From NCBI RefSeq assembly GCF_009914755.1, contig NC_060937.1: a stretch of 64,000 nucleotides of DNA, one strand, 5' to 3'. The notes under the pieces were generated by a model. That model searched no databases, had not been told where the DNA came from, and worked only from the letters and a program-made list of their open reading frames with translations. A program made the position numbers and the translations under genes. The DNA is from the human T2T-CHM13v2.0 reference genome, Homo sapiens. Each line of letters opens with the position of its first letter. Within the stretch, counting starts at the first letter, position 1. Below, one piece after another: positions 33,933 to 48,315 of the stretch.

Positions 33933-34955
33933 TTACAATTTGGCATGTTTTTGCAGTGGCTGGTACAGGTTGCTCCTTTTCATGTTTAGTGCTTCCTTCA
34001 GGAGCTCTTGTAAGGCAGGCCTGGTGGTGACAAAATCTCTCAGCATTTGCTTGTCTGAAAGGATTTTATTTCTCCTTCACTTATGAAGCTTAGTTTGGCT
34101 GGATATGAAATTCTGGGTTGAAAATTCTTTCCTTTAAGAATGTTGAATATTGGCCCCCACTCTCTTCTGGTTGTCGGCTTTCTGCCGAGAGATCTGCTGT
34201 TAGTCTGATGGGCTTCCCTTTATAGGTAACCCAACCTTTCTCTCTGGCTGCACTTCGCATTTTTTCCTTCATTTCAACCTTGGTGAATCTGACAATTATG
34301 TGTCTTGGGGTTGCTCTTCTCAAGAAGTATCTTTGTGGTGTTCTCTGTATTTCCTGAATTTGAATGTTGGCCTGCCTTGCTAGGTTGGGGAAGTGCTCCT
34401 GGATAATATCCTGAAGAGTGTTTTCCAGCTTGGTTCCATTCTCCCTGTCGCTTTCAGGTATACCAATCAAACATAGATTTGGTCTTTTCACATAGTCCCA
34501 TATTTCTTGGAGGCTTTGTTTGTTTCTTTTTACTCATTTTTCTCTAAACTTCTCTCCTTCCTCCATTTCATTAATTTGATCTTCAATCGCTGATACCCTT
34601 TCTTCCACTTGATGGAATCGGCTACTGAAGCTTGTGCATGCGCCATGTAGTTCTCGTACCATGGTTTTCAGCTCCATCGGTCATTTAAGGTCTTCTCTAC
34701 ACTCTTCATTCTAGTTAGCCATTCGTCTGATCTTTTTTCAAGGTTTTTAGCTTCCTCGTGATGAGTTCGAACATCATCCTTTAGCTCGGAGAAGTTTGTT
34801 ATTACCGACTTTCTGAAGCCTACTTTTGTCAACTCATCAAAGTCATTCTCTCTCCTGCTTTGTTCCGTTACTGGTGAGGAGCTGCGATCCTTTGGAGGAG
34901 AAGGGGCGCTCTGGTTTTTAGAATTTTAAGATTTTCTGCTCTGGTTTCTCCTCAT
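33933..34955 (-). pseudogene. Disrupted L1 ORF1p
   Basis: ATG at 34955 (atgaggagaaaccagagcag). Fragment 34090..34491 KRPNL..ENTLQDIIQE..RATPRHIIVRF; frameshifted. Confidence 0.9.
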
Positions 34956-36395
34956 CTTTGTGGTTTTATTTACCTTTGGTCTTTGATGATGGTGACCTAC
35001 AGATGGGGTTTTGGTGTGGATGTCCTTCTTGTTGATGTTGATGCTATTCCTTTCTGTTTGTTAGTTTTCCTTCTAATAGTCAGGTCCCTCAGCTGCAGGT
35101 CCGTTGGATTTTGCTGGAGGTCCACTCCAGACCCTGTTTGCCTGGGTATCACCGGTGGAGGCTGCAGAACAGCAAATATTGCAGAACAGCAAATATTGCT
35201 GCCTGATCCTTCCTCTGGAAGCTTCGTCTCAGAGGGGCACCTGGCTGTATGAGGTGTCAGTCGGCCCCTACTGGGAGGTGTCTCCGAGTTAGGCTACATG
35301 GGGCTCAGGGACCCACTTGAGGAGTCAGTCTGTCCATTCTCAGAGCTCAAACACCATGCTAGGAGAACCACTGCTCTCTTCTGAGCTCAGCTGGAAATGC
35401 AGAAATCATCCATCTTCTGCATCGATCATGCTGGGAGCTGCAGACCACAGCTGTTCCTATTTGGCCATCTTGGGACGGACCCCCAAATAATACATATTTT
35501 TAAACTGGAAATACATTCCAGAAAAATCTTATAACTACTCACCAACCTTCCTGTGGGTAATCGAAATGAAACTGAACTGAGGTGAAATGTGTACATTAAA
35601 TTATTCCATTATTGACATTCTGACCTTGCAGACTTAGCTTAATATAATTTCTGTTCAGACTAGCTCCTAGAACAGTGAAACCTACAGTCACATTTATACT
35701 TGACATAGTCAATTTGTCTATTGTAGGATGTTGAGTCACATATCCTTTTGAACTCTCTGAAGCCTCATTCTTTAATTTGCCCAACTTTCCTGTGAAGAGT
35801 AAAGATCCCTGCTGGCTAATTTTAATAAGCTTTCATTAAAAAAAGTATGATATAGTCTTCATGCTGTAAATAATTTTGCCTTTTTCATGACCAGATTTGT
35901 TCAATGCCATTTCCTCCCTTTCATTTCTTTCTTTTGTGGAGAAATAACGCCTTTCAGGAGCACAAGAGTTGATGAAAGAAAACACTCTCAAAGTCAAGTT
36001 TGCTGTAGCCTGTATACCTGAAAACGGTGGGCTTGAGAGGCCGGGAAGAGAAAGAAAGAAGAGGGATAGTAACAACCTAAACAGCAAAGACTTGGAACTT
36101 GAAATTAAAAAGATATACACCTATCTATGTATTTCTGATATGTTTGTCATAATTTCAACCAAAGTTCATGATCTATAGAATTTTGCATAAATAAAAAATA
36201 TCATTTGGTTAGTTTTGACTCTCATTAAAAATAAATTTTGTCAACCATCCTCTTATTAAGATGTTTTAGAACTAAACACACAACACAATTATATCTCCAC
36301 AAAATGCCACTAGGTTTCCTAACAGAGCATCAACCTACTTAGATTATGAGCTCATCATTTTTATGCATGTGTTTACATAGATGCTTTTTTTTCTA

Positions 36396-36640
36396 CAGGC
36401 AGCATGATATAGTGAAAAGAATGTGAGGTTCTGAAATTAGAAGAACTGGGCATGACTCCCAGAATGTACTATCTGTTGTGTGACCTTGGGCAAGTCACTT
36501 AATCTGTCTGAGGCTTGTTTTTCTTGCTTGTCAAATGAAAAATAAATGACAGCAATATTTCAGATTTGGTGTGCAGATCATGTAAATAATATATGCGAAA
36601 GTGCTTAGTAAATTGTAAAGCATCATGCAAAGGTTAGTTA
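36396..36640 (+). mobile_element. MIR
   Basis: tgtgtgaccttgggcaagtcacttaatctgtctgag core. Confidence 0.85.
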
Positions 36641-36850
36641 TTTTATTTTGGATTAACTAAAATTTTGTTCTAAATTGATGTTTCCCTAAATAAAACAAAT
36701 GACTGCTAATGCCCATAGTAGCCCTGATTTTATCTAGAAATTTCTTTTTTAAAGTTTGAATTAGCAAACTTTCAATGGGTTTAGAATTTTTATTTAAAAA
36801 AGGATCATTATATACTTGAAATAATTCAATTAGGAAAAAATATAAGCCTC

Positions 36851-37288
36851 TGTCTTCATCCATTTTGTGTTGCTTTAACAGAATACCTGAGACTGGATAA
36901 TTTATAAGGGAAAGAGGTTTATTTAGCTCACAGTTCTGCAGGCTGGGAAGCTTAAGGGCATGGTCCTGGCTTCTGGTGAGGGCATTTGTGCTGTGTCATA
37001 ACATGGTGGAAAAGGTCAAAGGGGAGGTGGACATGTATGAAGAAACAAAACCTGAGGGGCATCCTCGCTTTATAAAAATGCACTCTCATAAGAACGAATC
37101 CATTTTCCTGAGAACTAATCCAATCTTGCCTGTGCAAGAACTCACTCACTACCTCGAAAATGACACCAAGTCATTCATGAGGGATCCGCCCCACTGACCC
37201 AAACAGCTCCCACTAGGCCCCACCACCCAATATCACCACAATGGGGATCAAATTTCAACATGCTCTTTGGTGGGGATAAACTCAAACC
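36851..37288 (-). mobile_element. MST-family MaLR solo LTR
   Basis: tgtcttcatccattttgtgttgct..cagaatacctgagactggataattt...atcaaatttcaacatg. Confidence 0.88.
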
Positions 37289-37439
37289 TCCTTTAAGAGA
37301 ATCCCCTGGAAGCTGAATCACTTGATCCTTATGCTAAGTTTGTCTCATGACCAGATGAGAACCAATTTTGTCCCCCTGCAGAGTGGCCCCTTTAAGCTGT
37401 GGACTAATAAGTGAGAAAAATGTCTAAGTCAGGGCACAT

Positions 37440-37645
37440 GCAGGCAGGGATAACTTACCCACTAGATGTAGCAGGCACAGGGCCAAGGGTCCACTATACC
37501 TTTAAATGTCCATAAAAATGTTTTAATTTCTTTTGAAATTGGAAGAAAAAAGTGAACTTTTAGGTAGGAGTAAATGTTTTAATATATAATATTAACATAT
37601 TCATCCTTATACCAATGAGTCATAAAATATAACTTTTAATATTTG
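37440..37645. mobile_element. hAT-Tip100-like DNA transposon remnant
   Basis: ttacccactagatgtagcaggcacagggccaagggtccac followed by an AT-rich body. Family not pinned down. Confidence 0.45.
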
Positions 37646-39267
37646 CTGTAGTTCTGGGCAACCCAAGATGAATCCTCTGAGAAGTTCAGTTACCTGCAGT
37701 CCAAGGCACTGTTCCTATAGCAGTGGTGTTGCCAGGAATCACAGATGTGGAGTGACTAGCTCTATCTTGAGAAATAGGGAAGACTTTGCAGAGCTGATAT
37801 TTAAATCAGTCTTTTAAGGATAAGTATGCTTTCTACAGGTGGAGGTATTAGAAAGGGCATTTCAGGGAGAAAAAGCAGCATGAACTAAGGGATGGGGCTG
37901 TGTGGGAGACAGAGCCTTGGAACTTAGCAGTGATCGATAACCAACAATAGCCTCTTCACTATAAATCCATGGGGGAAAAGTCCATTACTTATATTGTCAA
38001 ATCTTGCTATGTTTTCTCCATTAATCTTGCATTAAATTATTTTAGAACAAGACCTCAAAATTACACGAACATCTGCAGAAGTAACTAATGAATAAGCAGT
38101 GGGTTGTTCAAAGAGCTAATGAGATTAGATCGGATTAATAGAAATGTGTCAAGAACAAGGCAAAGTATTTGATATACTAGTTATTCTCTGGTTGCAAGCA
38201 ACAGAAACCGATTCTAGCTAATTCAGACCGAAAAGAAAGAAACAGAGGGAAAAAAGAAAGGGAGATGCCCCTGATAACACATGATATTCTTTTCAAGGTC
38301 AGAAGTGGTTTTCCTGTTTTTCCACAGCTGAATCAGCTAGAACCTCCACCTAGAGGTTCTATTTTGTTCTGAAAGCACTGGACCAATTCCATCATTTGTC
38401 AGGACCTCTAAGTCAATACTCAGATTATTCAGCACCAAATATGCGAACTGATCCATGCTCCATATTCTTAGTAACCCTTGTGCCTTGCTAGAAGACTGAT
38501 ATGGATTTTGTGGTTAAATTCTAGAAACTGTACTTTATTCTGTTCCTAGAACTAAGTCCTCACATTTTAGCCTAGTTCTATGATCCTCTTTCCTTTGATC
38601 TATTTGTCTCTGCTCCACATGAACCATGTCTCTGCTTCTCATTTCCAAGGACCTGTGAGCAGGGCTGATATTTATGCCATATAGAATGGATTGGGCTGGT
38701 TATTTATATGGATATCTGTTCTGATGTATTGAGGCATTTTTTTGGTGAGCCATGGCATCTGTTCTGACTAGCTGATGCCTGTATATATCAGTGGTTAGAT
38801 ATTTCTCCAATAAATGAAGATTATTTTTGTGGTAAAATATTAGCTCTAGCCCCCTCTTAGGATGAGGCTAGAATTATGTGTCCACTAGAAAAATATTATT
38901 TTCAGAAGTGGATTTAATTTCTATCATTTAAAGGGCCAGTCATAAATGACTCTAATCAGAACTGTTGATTGATTAGACTTTCGTTATATGCAGACAAATA
39001 TGCTCAGAGGCCAGATATAAGGGACAAAAGAACAAATTGGCCACATGCTGTGTCTGCAAGGAACTCACTATGTAAAAAGGACTTCTACTCCTGGATTTAG
39101 AACCATTCAGTTTTATATTTTTTGTTTTTAAAATTATGGAAGATTTCTCATTAATTTTTGAAATGCAGGTGACTAATTGATTTAAAAATACACTTAAGAG
39201 TATCACAATACCTTTGAAAGGTAATTGAATAGAACTTCAGAAAAATCCATTCAACTATTGTCTCAAA

Positions 39268-39378
39268 TATCCATCCATCCATTCATCTATCCATCCATCC
39301 ATCCATCCATCCGTCCGTCCGTCCACCCGTCCGTCTGTCCGTCTGTTCATCCATCCATCCTTCCATCCATCCATCCAC
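39268..39378. repeat. (CATC)n/(CGTC)n tetranucleotide repeat
   Basis: atccatccatcc...ccgtccgtccgtcc...catccatcc. Confidence 0.95.
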
Positions 39379-39672
39379 TATCTCGTTGAATTTATCCATC
39401 TTCCAGGAGCTGTGCTCGCAAATAGAAAAAGACTGCCAAGAAGCTCACAGACGAGTACAGAAATGAACATACGAACAATTTCAACACCATTGTGGAGATA
39501 AGTTCACATGTGGATGAACTCAGGCAAGTTCCACAGGGGTCTAACAAAAACAATCTTAGACTCTGAGAACTGCAAATCTGGATTTGAATTCTCGCTCTAC
39601 CCTTACTAAAGCTATGGCTTTGAGTGAGTTATTGAACATGTCTATTTCAATCTCCTCTTCTATTAGGTATGT

Positions 39673-40312
39673 TGTAGGGGCAAAGGGAAAACTTCCCTTT
39701 TACCCTCTGAAGGTTCATTGCAAATCACTGACAAAAGATAGATTAATAGGAGAAAAAGCATACAAATTTATTTGATCAGAGTTTGGATATGATACAGGAG
39801 CCTTCAGAATGAAGACCCAGAGATACAGGGGAAACTGTCCATTTTTCTGCTTAGGTTCAACATATTATGGATAGCCAAATAGAAATAGGATTGGACAAAA
39901 AAGATATGTTCCCCTGTTAATGGACTGAGTGGGGAAACTCAGGAAGACCTGTCTGTTCAGATTCTTCTTGGCATCCCTGTGCAGCATTCCTTCCCTCCGG
40001 ATATGAGGCAGGACACTCTCTGGAGTGGAAGTTTTATGACCTACAATCAAACCAGGTAGGTCAGATAATTCTTTTATAACCAATTTTTACACAGAAAGGT
40101 AAAGGGAAAGGTAGAGTTAGATTTTTAGGTTTCATGACTGTTTGGGGGAAACAGGTTCTGATTTCTATGATCTGTCTTGGGGAAGAGGGATTCTAGCTTC
40201 TATGGCTTGCCTCAGGGAAGAATGAGGGGCCAGAAACAGAACAGTAGGAGAAAATCAGAGTGAGCTGCTTCTGAGGCCTTCACTTTGGGATATCATTTTC
40301 TGAGCCTCAACA
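39673..40312 (-). mobile_element. MER39-family ERV1 solo LTR next to or inside a MIR
   Basis: tgtaggggcaaagggaaaac...cattttctgagcctcaaca; reverse homology to 14478-15133. TSD atgt/gtgt. Confidence 0.82.
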
Positions 40313-40720
40313 GTGTATGATGTCACTTGCCTGACCATAATAGATGCCCATTATGTTAGCTACCATCTCTCTATCTCCTCTCTTCCCTTTCATTCATTTC
40401 TGGGCTTTGGTTTTCTTATCTCAAAAAAGAAAGGGTTTAAATTGATTTCTGAGTTATTTAAGAATCTAAAGCCTGTGTTTTAGGAACAATTCCCCTAAGC
40501 TTGAAAGATGTTCTTTCATTACTTATGGTCAAATATGCAATACTCTCTAAATATGGCAAATCATAATTTAATCACACTGATTGGTCTCTCTAACACACCA
40601 AGCTCTTTCTCACCTTGGGGACTTGGTGCATCTTGTTCCCTTGCTTGTAGATTTCCTTCCTCTTTGCTTACCTGGCTAGCTCCTGCCTGTCCTCCAGGTT
40701 TCAGTCTAGTGGTCACTTCC

Positions 40721-41119
40721 TGCTAGAGTTTGGATGTTTGTACCACCAAACCTCATGTTGAAATTTGATCCCCGATGTTGGAGGTGGGGCCTAATGTGTT
40801 TTGGTCATGGGGATGGATCCCTCTTGACTTGGTGACGTTCTTATGATAATGAGTGAGTTCTTGTTCTGTTAGTTCCAGTGGGAGCTGATCGTTAAGAGCC
40901 TGGCCCTTCCCCACTCGCTCTCTTGCTTCCTCTTTCACCATGTGATCTCTGCACACACCAGCTCCCCTTCACCTCCTGCCACGAGAGGACACAGCCTGAG
41001 GCTTTCACCAGATGCCCACTCTTCTAGCCAGCAGAATGGGGAGCCATCTAAACCTATTTTCTTTACAAATTACCAGCCTTCTGTATTCCTTTATAGCAAC
41101 ACAAATAGACTAAGGGACA
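40721..41119 (+). mobile_element. MST-family MaLR solo LTR inside an L2 remnant
   Basis: tgctagagtttggatgtttgt...ctcatgttgaaatttgatcccc...ttatagcaacacaaatagactaag. Confidence 0.9.
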
Positions 41120-42690
41120 TCCCCAAGGATGCTTTCCACAGATAATTTCCAGAGGGCTAATCTGTGAATTTTCTTTGGTCTCTACACTCAGCCTGTCAAA
41201 ATAGACACCATACTATAGCCATCCCCCACTTATAACACCCAACATTTAAGATCTGTAATATTCTAATGCATTTCCCTTTAAAAAGAGTAATGATAATGAC
41301 TCCTCCAACCAGAGACCCTTATGGGGCCCAGTTTATGGTTTACTGTAGAGAAAGGGGATTTAACCATATTTCAATATCTAAATGCAAAATGCAGATACAA
41401 ATTATTAATGACTAACATGTATAAATCATTTACTACACGCCTGGCACTATGCCAAGCATTGTATATGCATTATTTCACTTATTCTTTATATCAACTTTAA
41501 GAAATAAGTTTATGTGTAGCATAGGTTTGTAAATGAAGAAACAGTGACTTACAGAGTTTAAATTGTTTATTTAAACAGAAATAATTTGTTTCCTAGATAT
41601 GAAGATCGTCAGAATAAAACAAAACAAGGCAAAAACCCACCAAAAATTCAAAGCAACAACCAAAACATTATAGGTTTAACAACAGCTTTACAGGGAGAGA
41701 AGGAAACATGACCTTATATGTGCACATTGTAAGACTGACTCTGATGTCAGAGGCATTAGAATTGAGGAGCAGCAGAGGCAAGTTTAAGCTCAGGACTGTC
41801 TGACTTCAGAACCAATATTTGTAAAATATTACTCTGTACTTTTCAGATTCAGAAAATCAGCCCTCAACTTAAGGATACCTGAGAGGCTGTGAGAAACTCA
41901 AGAAGCAAAGACAAATTTTTTGAGAACTTTGACAATGTGAAAATAAACCAAGGGACAGTCTAAGTGCAAAAACAAAACAATGACAAACCCCAAACAACCC
42001 AAAGCCATTACATTCAAACTTACCAGCAACATGAGATTTGCAACTTAAAAAAAAATGAAGAAAATAGAGAATGTGTATTCATGTATGTCACTTTTTGTGA
42101 TTTATTTCATTTAATCATAAGAATTTCATATGGTAAAAGCATTACATTATTATAATCCATATCTAACAGATGAGAAACTGAGGCACAGAACCTGCCTTAG
42201 GTCATATATTAATAAAAGGTAGAGTTTGTGTTAGACTTAGGGAAACTAATTCTAGAGTCCACAAATTATGGAATTGGTAGGAAATTCTATAATTTCCCAG
42301 ATGCCAGCGATGCGACAACGTTTTCTAAATAATTAAATAAAATTCATCAAGAGAAACGTTCACTGTTGGAGCAGGTTTTTAACATGGGAGAATCTGCTCT
42401 GTTGTGGAAATGAGATCTCTCCAAACCTCTTATTTTCTACCAGATCTTAATTTTGCCAGCTTTAGTTTTGATAGTCCCAGTAATTTTGATAGTCCCAATA
42501 ATTTTAGGAACAGAGCCCCATGAAGAGTGAAAGATAATTGCATCTGGTGACAAGCTCCCTGGTCCTTAGACTAAAATCTCTGTGGTCAGGCACTATGTTT
42601 TGTTTCTGATTGCATCAGTGTTTGGCATAGCCAAAGGACTCAATAAATAATTGCTGAATGAATGAATCATGTAAGACATTAAGCCTAAGA

Positions 42691-43004
<314 letters not shown>

Positions 43005-43645
43005 TCATGAAGAATGTGATCTTTTCATCAGGCCACAGCCAGCCTCTACAGGGCCTTAGAAAAAGTGCTCTCCCTGGGTGGATAAATTAGGAGAAGACAT
43101 ACACTGGTCAGGTATACTCTCTCTGATTTGGCTTATCCACATTAGAGACCCATAGAGTCCAGCTAGGCAACTAGAACTTACATTTCCAACCTCATTTGAT
43201 CTTTTGGTCAGGCATGTTTAAGCAGTGTGCAAATATACAACTGTATATGGTAATCTGGTTTACCTCATCTTCTCTTTGATTTTTTTTTTTTTGTAGGGTG
43301 ACGGCAAATGTCCTCTTGTCTTTCTTAATCAAGACAGTACCAGTTCTGCCCAGCTTAAAAAGATATAAAAATAAAATGTTTGCATTCTATTGATTTATAC
43401 CATATTCAACATCCATGTCAGTCTTTATTTTTCAAGGAGAGTATGTTAGATAGATTAGTTCCTTTCTTCTTTATATGGTAAGCTATAAATCAATTTTATA
43501 GGATCTTTTTAAATTTTGGAAACCAAAAAAAAAAAAATTGAGCCCTGAACCTGTACATTTTAGTTTTTGGAACATTCTATAAATTTGTCTACTGCTTTCT
43601 TGTCTCATACTTCTCAGTTTGTGTAAGGTGTGTCACTAGAAAAAC

Positions 43646-43742
43646 CAGGAGGCGGAGGTTGCAGTGAGTGGAAATCGTACCATTGCACTCCATCCTGGTT
43701 GACAAGAGCAAGACTCCTTCTTAAAAAAAAAAAGAAAAAAAA
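43646..43742 (+). mobile_element. Alu right-arm 3' fragment
   Basis: ccaggaggcggaggttgcagtgag...gacaagagcaagactcc plus poly(A). Confidence 0.9.
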
Positions 43743-43804
43743 TTAGCTAAACCCAAAGTCTAAAAAATGTGAATTGCCTTTCTCTTTCAGATACTTGCAG
43801 GAAT

Positions 43805-43900
43805 GTATACATGTGAACACACACAAACACATATACATACACATACAAACAAAACATATACACATATACATACAAACACACACATAGGCATACATACATA
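43805..43900. repeat. (CA/TACA)n low-complexity repeat
   Basis: acacacaaacacatatacatacacatacaaac... Confidence 0.85.
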
Positions 43901-44879
43901 TGTTGCTTTTCTGTGCTAAGTGGGAATTTAGGGGCAACCTGATTCATATCAAGAGATGAAGGAATTCTGTTGGACTTAGTGACTCTCTGAATAGCTTTGA
44001 CTAATTGCAAATGATTATCATCATAATAATTTCCCAGGAAGAGTTTATTAAACTTAAATCTTAAAACTCCATTACATGTCACTTAGACACACACACACTC
44101 CAAAAATTTAGGAGTTAAATCAGCGTACCTTTCTTAAAACAAAAGCCTAATTAGAAACCTCTTGCCTCGATCATAGCTCTGCTACAGCATGCCTTTTAGG
44201 AGTGATAGAGTGATATTTTTATTTATTTTTAATAAGGACCACAAAACCACTTTCAAAAAAATTTTAGTCATTTTTAGTGAAAGAGAATGTTTCAATTTAG
44301 TTCACAAATCCTCACATTAGAACATTGGCTTCTTGTCCTCAAATGCATTTAAAAATATGATCTCTGCAATGAATCTCAATATCTGTTGTTGTTCCCTCTA
44401 GGCCTGAAGTTTCTCACTCATTAACCTGGAGCAACAAAATGGAAAGAATTCTGACGACAAAGTAGAGAACCTGTCCCTTTGCTGGCTCTGAGGATGACTG
44501 ACTGTTGTGTGGGTGAGGTCTGCAGACAGAAGCCAGCTCTGCTCTCTCCATTGGTAAACATGGGTGGGAGCATGGGAAACTCCAAGAGGCCAACCCTTGT
44601 GAGTGTTAGTGAAAAACAGCAAAGTGTTAGGAAGAAAAGTGAGTCCTAACTCAGAACTGCAAATGCCCACCAATATTGGTTGCTCCCTGCCTTATTAGAC
44701 ATTTTCATTTGTAGCACCTTTAAAAGATATGATTTCCTAATGTCATGGCACTTTATTTTCTGGGTCATGTTGGCTTCGTGGTTAAGCAGGTGCAAACATT
44801 GAATTGGCCAGGTGAGCTGCCAGGATGACTGAAACACAGGGGGTTTGGATCATCTGGACAACAGGACTGAGTGGAAATT

Positions 44880-45085
44880 AATGGGCGAGGGTTTCAGAGA
44901 TGAGACTTTGAATCCAAGCTTTGCATTTTACTGTAAGAGTTTGGGCAAGTTGTTTAACCTCCGAAAGGCTTTGTTTTCTTCATTTGCAATATCCCCTATC
45001 TTAAAGATTATAAAGTTATAAAGATTAAGTTAGATAATGCATAAAAAACAATTAGCACCAGTGCCCAGCAAATTTCTGTTGTTAA
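44880..45085 (+). mobile_element. MIR
   Basis: ttgaatcc...ttgggcaagttgtttaacctc...ttcatttgcaat. Confidence 0.7.
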
Positions 45086-45329
45086 GAGGTAGTCCTACAG
45101 AATCTGTTTTTTTTTTTTTTTTTTTTTTTTTGGTCTGAAATTCCCTTCTCACAGGTTTACTTATTCCCCAGGAATAGCTGTAATGAATAAAACTTTGGAG
45201 ACTTGAATTTGGGCACAATGCAATATATTGCCAGGGACATCTCCAAAATCAGCCTTAACATACCCTAACTTGTTTCCAAGGAACTTATCACTTAGCTAGA
45301 TGTGTACTATAAATAATAATGATGATGAT

Positions 45330-45555
45330 TACAGAAATAAAAATATTCATTGTTTCTATTCATTCAATGCAGACAACTTGCTGGGTGCTTTAAATATACA
45401 CTTTAAAATACTTATAACAATGGCACATATTAAGTACCATTATTCACATTTTATAGAGAAAGCAGAGACAAGAGAGTAAGGAACATCTTGGAGGTCACAC
45501 CACTAGGGATCAGACCTGGGATTCAAAACCAGATTTGCTTTACTCTGGAGCCTTT
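45330..45555 (-). mobile_element. MIR
   Basis: cattattcacattttatagag...ggtcacac...ctgggattcaaaaccag. Confidence 0.7.
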
Positions 45556-46367
45556 TTTTTTTTCTACTACACCCTGCTATGCTCAGATGGGCTAGGAAAT
45601 TTGTCCTAGGAATAAGTTTAGTAAACATCAACAGGTTCTTTTGTCTTTCTAGTGAATACCAAATATTTTGTTGCCTATTTCACAAATTCTGAGGGAATTC
45701 TACAAACTCTTCTTTGCTGGAATTCAGGATCCCTTTTGTTGATTAAATTATTATTTCCATTGATGTGGTTTTGAATTCAATCTAATAGCAACAAGGCACT
45801 GTCTTAACAAAGGATATGCTGTTGTTGGGTTTTTTTCCTGAGAGGGGGCTACTTTCATAACTTTTCAGTTAGGTGAATTTGGAGAATAGAATTATTAACA
45901 TCAGTCCAGTCCATGCAGGGAGAAAGTTCTATTCTAGGAAATGGTCTTCTTCTAGTGGATCTAATGAGATTTAAAAAAAAGATTCTAAGAAAAGAAATCA
46001 ATCATAATATTAGAAGAGCCTTAGGAGGACAGATCAAAGATGAACATGACATAAACAATTAGGAGGAAGACCCCTAACAATAAAGCTAGAGGTACCGGGA
46101 AAAATCACTGTAGAGGATCTAGCAGGGAAGCAAAGAAGGAAATGGTTAGATCCATTTATGGGAATTCAGGAAGTTCTTTGAAGAGCAAAAATCACTAAAC
46201 TGAGTACTGAACAGTGAGTAATATGATTCCAAATAATGGAGTAGAGAAATGGAGTATACAGTGGAGTTAGAGCTTACATAAAAAGAAAGTGTCAGACAAC
46301 CTGGAGATAGATCAATAGCAATTATTCAAGAGGGACACAAAACAGAAAATAATCAAAATAGTAGACC

Positions 46368-47103
46368 TGTTGTATGATGTTTTCCTACACCAACCAATTC
46401 TCTAAGTCTCCCATGCCAATCAGACATAATTCAATTCTGACACTATCCGGAATTAACATCAGATCCCATAAGTTAAAGGGCTCAGTTCCACAAGACTGCC
46501 CTCATTTCAGTTACCAGCTGTAAATGGGGTCCCTAGGCTACCCACACTTCTTCCTGGTCATCTACAAATTTAAGCATTTCCACGACCTCTTCTTCAGGTT
46601 TGATAGTTTGCTAGAATGACTTACAGAACTCAGGAAACAGAACTCCTGATGATTACTGGTTTATTATAAAGGATACAGCTCAGGACTATCCAAATGGAAA
46701 AGGTGCCTAGGACAAGGTATGGCAGGAGGGTGGTGGTGGTGACACAAAACTTCTCTCCCAGAACACTGATGTGTTCATCAACTGGAAGCTCTGTGAACTC
46801 TGTTGTTTAGGGATTTTTATCAGTTTAATTATGTAGGCACGATTGATTATATCATTGGTATTCATGGTCAAACTCCCTCTCCAGCCCCTCTCCACTCCCT
46901 CGAGGTTGAAATTTTTGGCCTTCTAACCAAGTAGGTTTTTTTTTTTTTTTTTTTAAGCAACCAGCCCCCTTTCTCCTTCAGTCATCTCATTAGCATACAA
47001 AAAACAGTTGTCACTCAGAAAATTCCAAGAGTTTTAGGACCTCTATGCCAGGAACCAGAGCAAAAGACCAAATATATATATATATATATTTCATTATACC
47101 ACA
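46368..47103 (-). mobile_element. MER21-family ERV LTR
   Basis: caattctgacactatcc...ggctcagttccacaagactgccc...tgccaggaaccagagcaaaagaccaaatata...tcattataccaca. Confidence 0.75.
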
Positions 47104-48315
47104 CCTATATCCAACCATATCAACAATTACGTTAAATGTTAAAAAATGTAGTCTGCCACTGCCACATGTGGTGATTTGAATTTAAATTAATTAAATATAA
47201 ATATAGTAACTAAAAAAGCATTTTTAAAGTTATACTAAACACATTTTAAATATTCAACAGCCACATGTGGATAGTGGTATAGTATTGGATAGTGCAGACA
47301 TAGTACATTTTATCACAGAAAGTTGTACTAGACAATGTTAGAAACAAAATGTCAAAACAGATTTTAAAAAGCAAGACCGAATTATGTATTGTTTACAAGA
47401 AATACACTTTAACTATAAAGACCTAGAAAGATGTGCCATACAAACAGCATAAGAATGCTGGAATGACTATATTAATGTCAGATAAAACAGACTTCAAGAC
47501 AAAGAGTATAACTGGAGATAAATAGGAATATTTCATAATGATAAAAGAATCAATTCACCAGGAAATCACAATAATTATACATGTTCATACATCTAATATC
47601 AGAGCTTCCAAGTACATGAAGCAAAAATGAGAGAATTAAAGATAAACACAAACAATTCCACAATCATATTTGGAGATTTTGATGCCACTCTCTCACTAAT
47701 CCGTAGAACAACTAGATAAAGAAATCAGTAAGGACATACATTATGTGAGCAACACTATCAACCATCATAGCATAACTGGTACTTATAGAACACTGTACCC
47801 AACAACTACAAAATACATATGCTTTAAAAATGTACACAGTAGTTTTATTATGCTAGGCTATGATATGAGCTTCAGTAAATTTGAAATAATTAAGATCATA
47901 TGGAGTGTCTTTTCCAATCATAACAGAATTAAATTAGGAATCAGTAACAATGGCATATCTAGGGAGACTCCTAATTTTAGAAATTAAACAACAGAATTCT
48001 AAATCATCCGTGGATCAAAAGAGTAACAGGCAAATTAGAAAATATTTCAAATTGAATGATAATAGAATAATAACATATCAAAATTTGTGGGATGCAGTAA
48101 AGGGCAGTACTTAACAGGGAAACTGAAATCTTTAAATGCTTATATGAGGCAAAAAGTAAGGTCTACAGTCAATGATTTAAGGTTCCAGTTTCAAAAGACA
48201 GAAAATGAGAAGTGAAGTGAAAATACATGGACAGAAGGAAATAAAGCCAAGAGCAGAAATCAAGAAAATTAAAGAAAAACAATAGGGAAATTTAACAAAG
48301 CCAAAGGTCAGGAAA
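47104..48315 (+). mobile_element. Old L1M ORF2 endonuclease region
   Basis: gataaaacagacttcaagacaaag...ggagattttgatgccactctc...atatcaaaatttgtgggatgcag. Probably continues left of the MER21 from about 46270. Confidence 0.85.
47150..47337. mobile_element. MER3/MER33-type hAT-Charlie element nested in L1
   Basis: gccacatgtggtgatttgaatttaaattaa...gccacatgtggatagtgg...cacagaaagttgtactagacaatg. Confidence 0.75.

Noticed and set aside
35163-35199. gcagaacagcaaatatt tandem repeat in the L1 5'UTR
   Set aside because: As I recall, a similar repeat is part of the L1PA5/6 5'UTR consensus, so it is not locus-specific.
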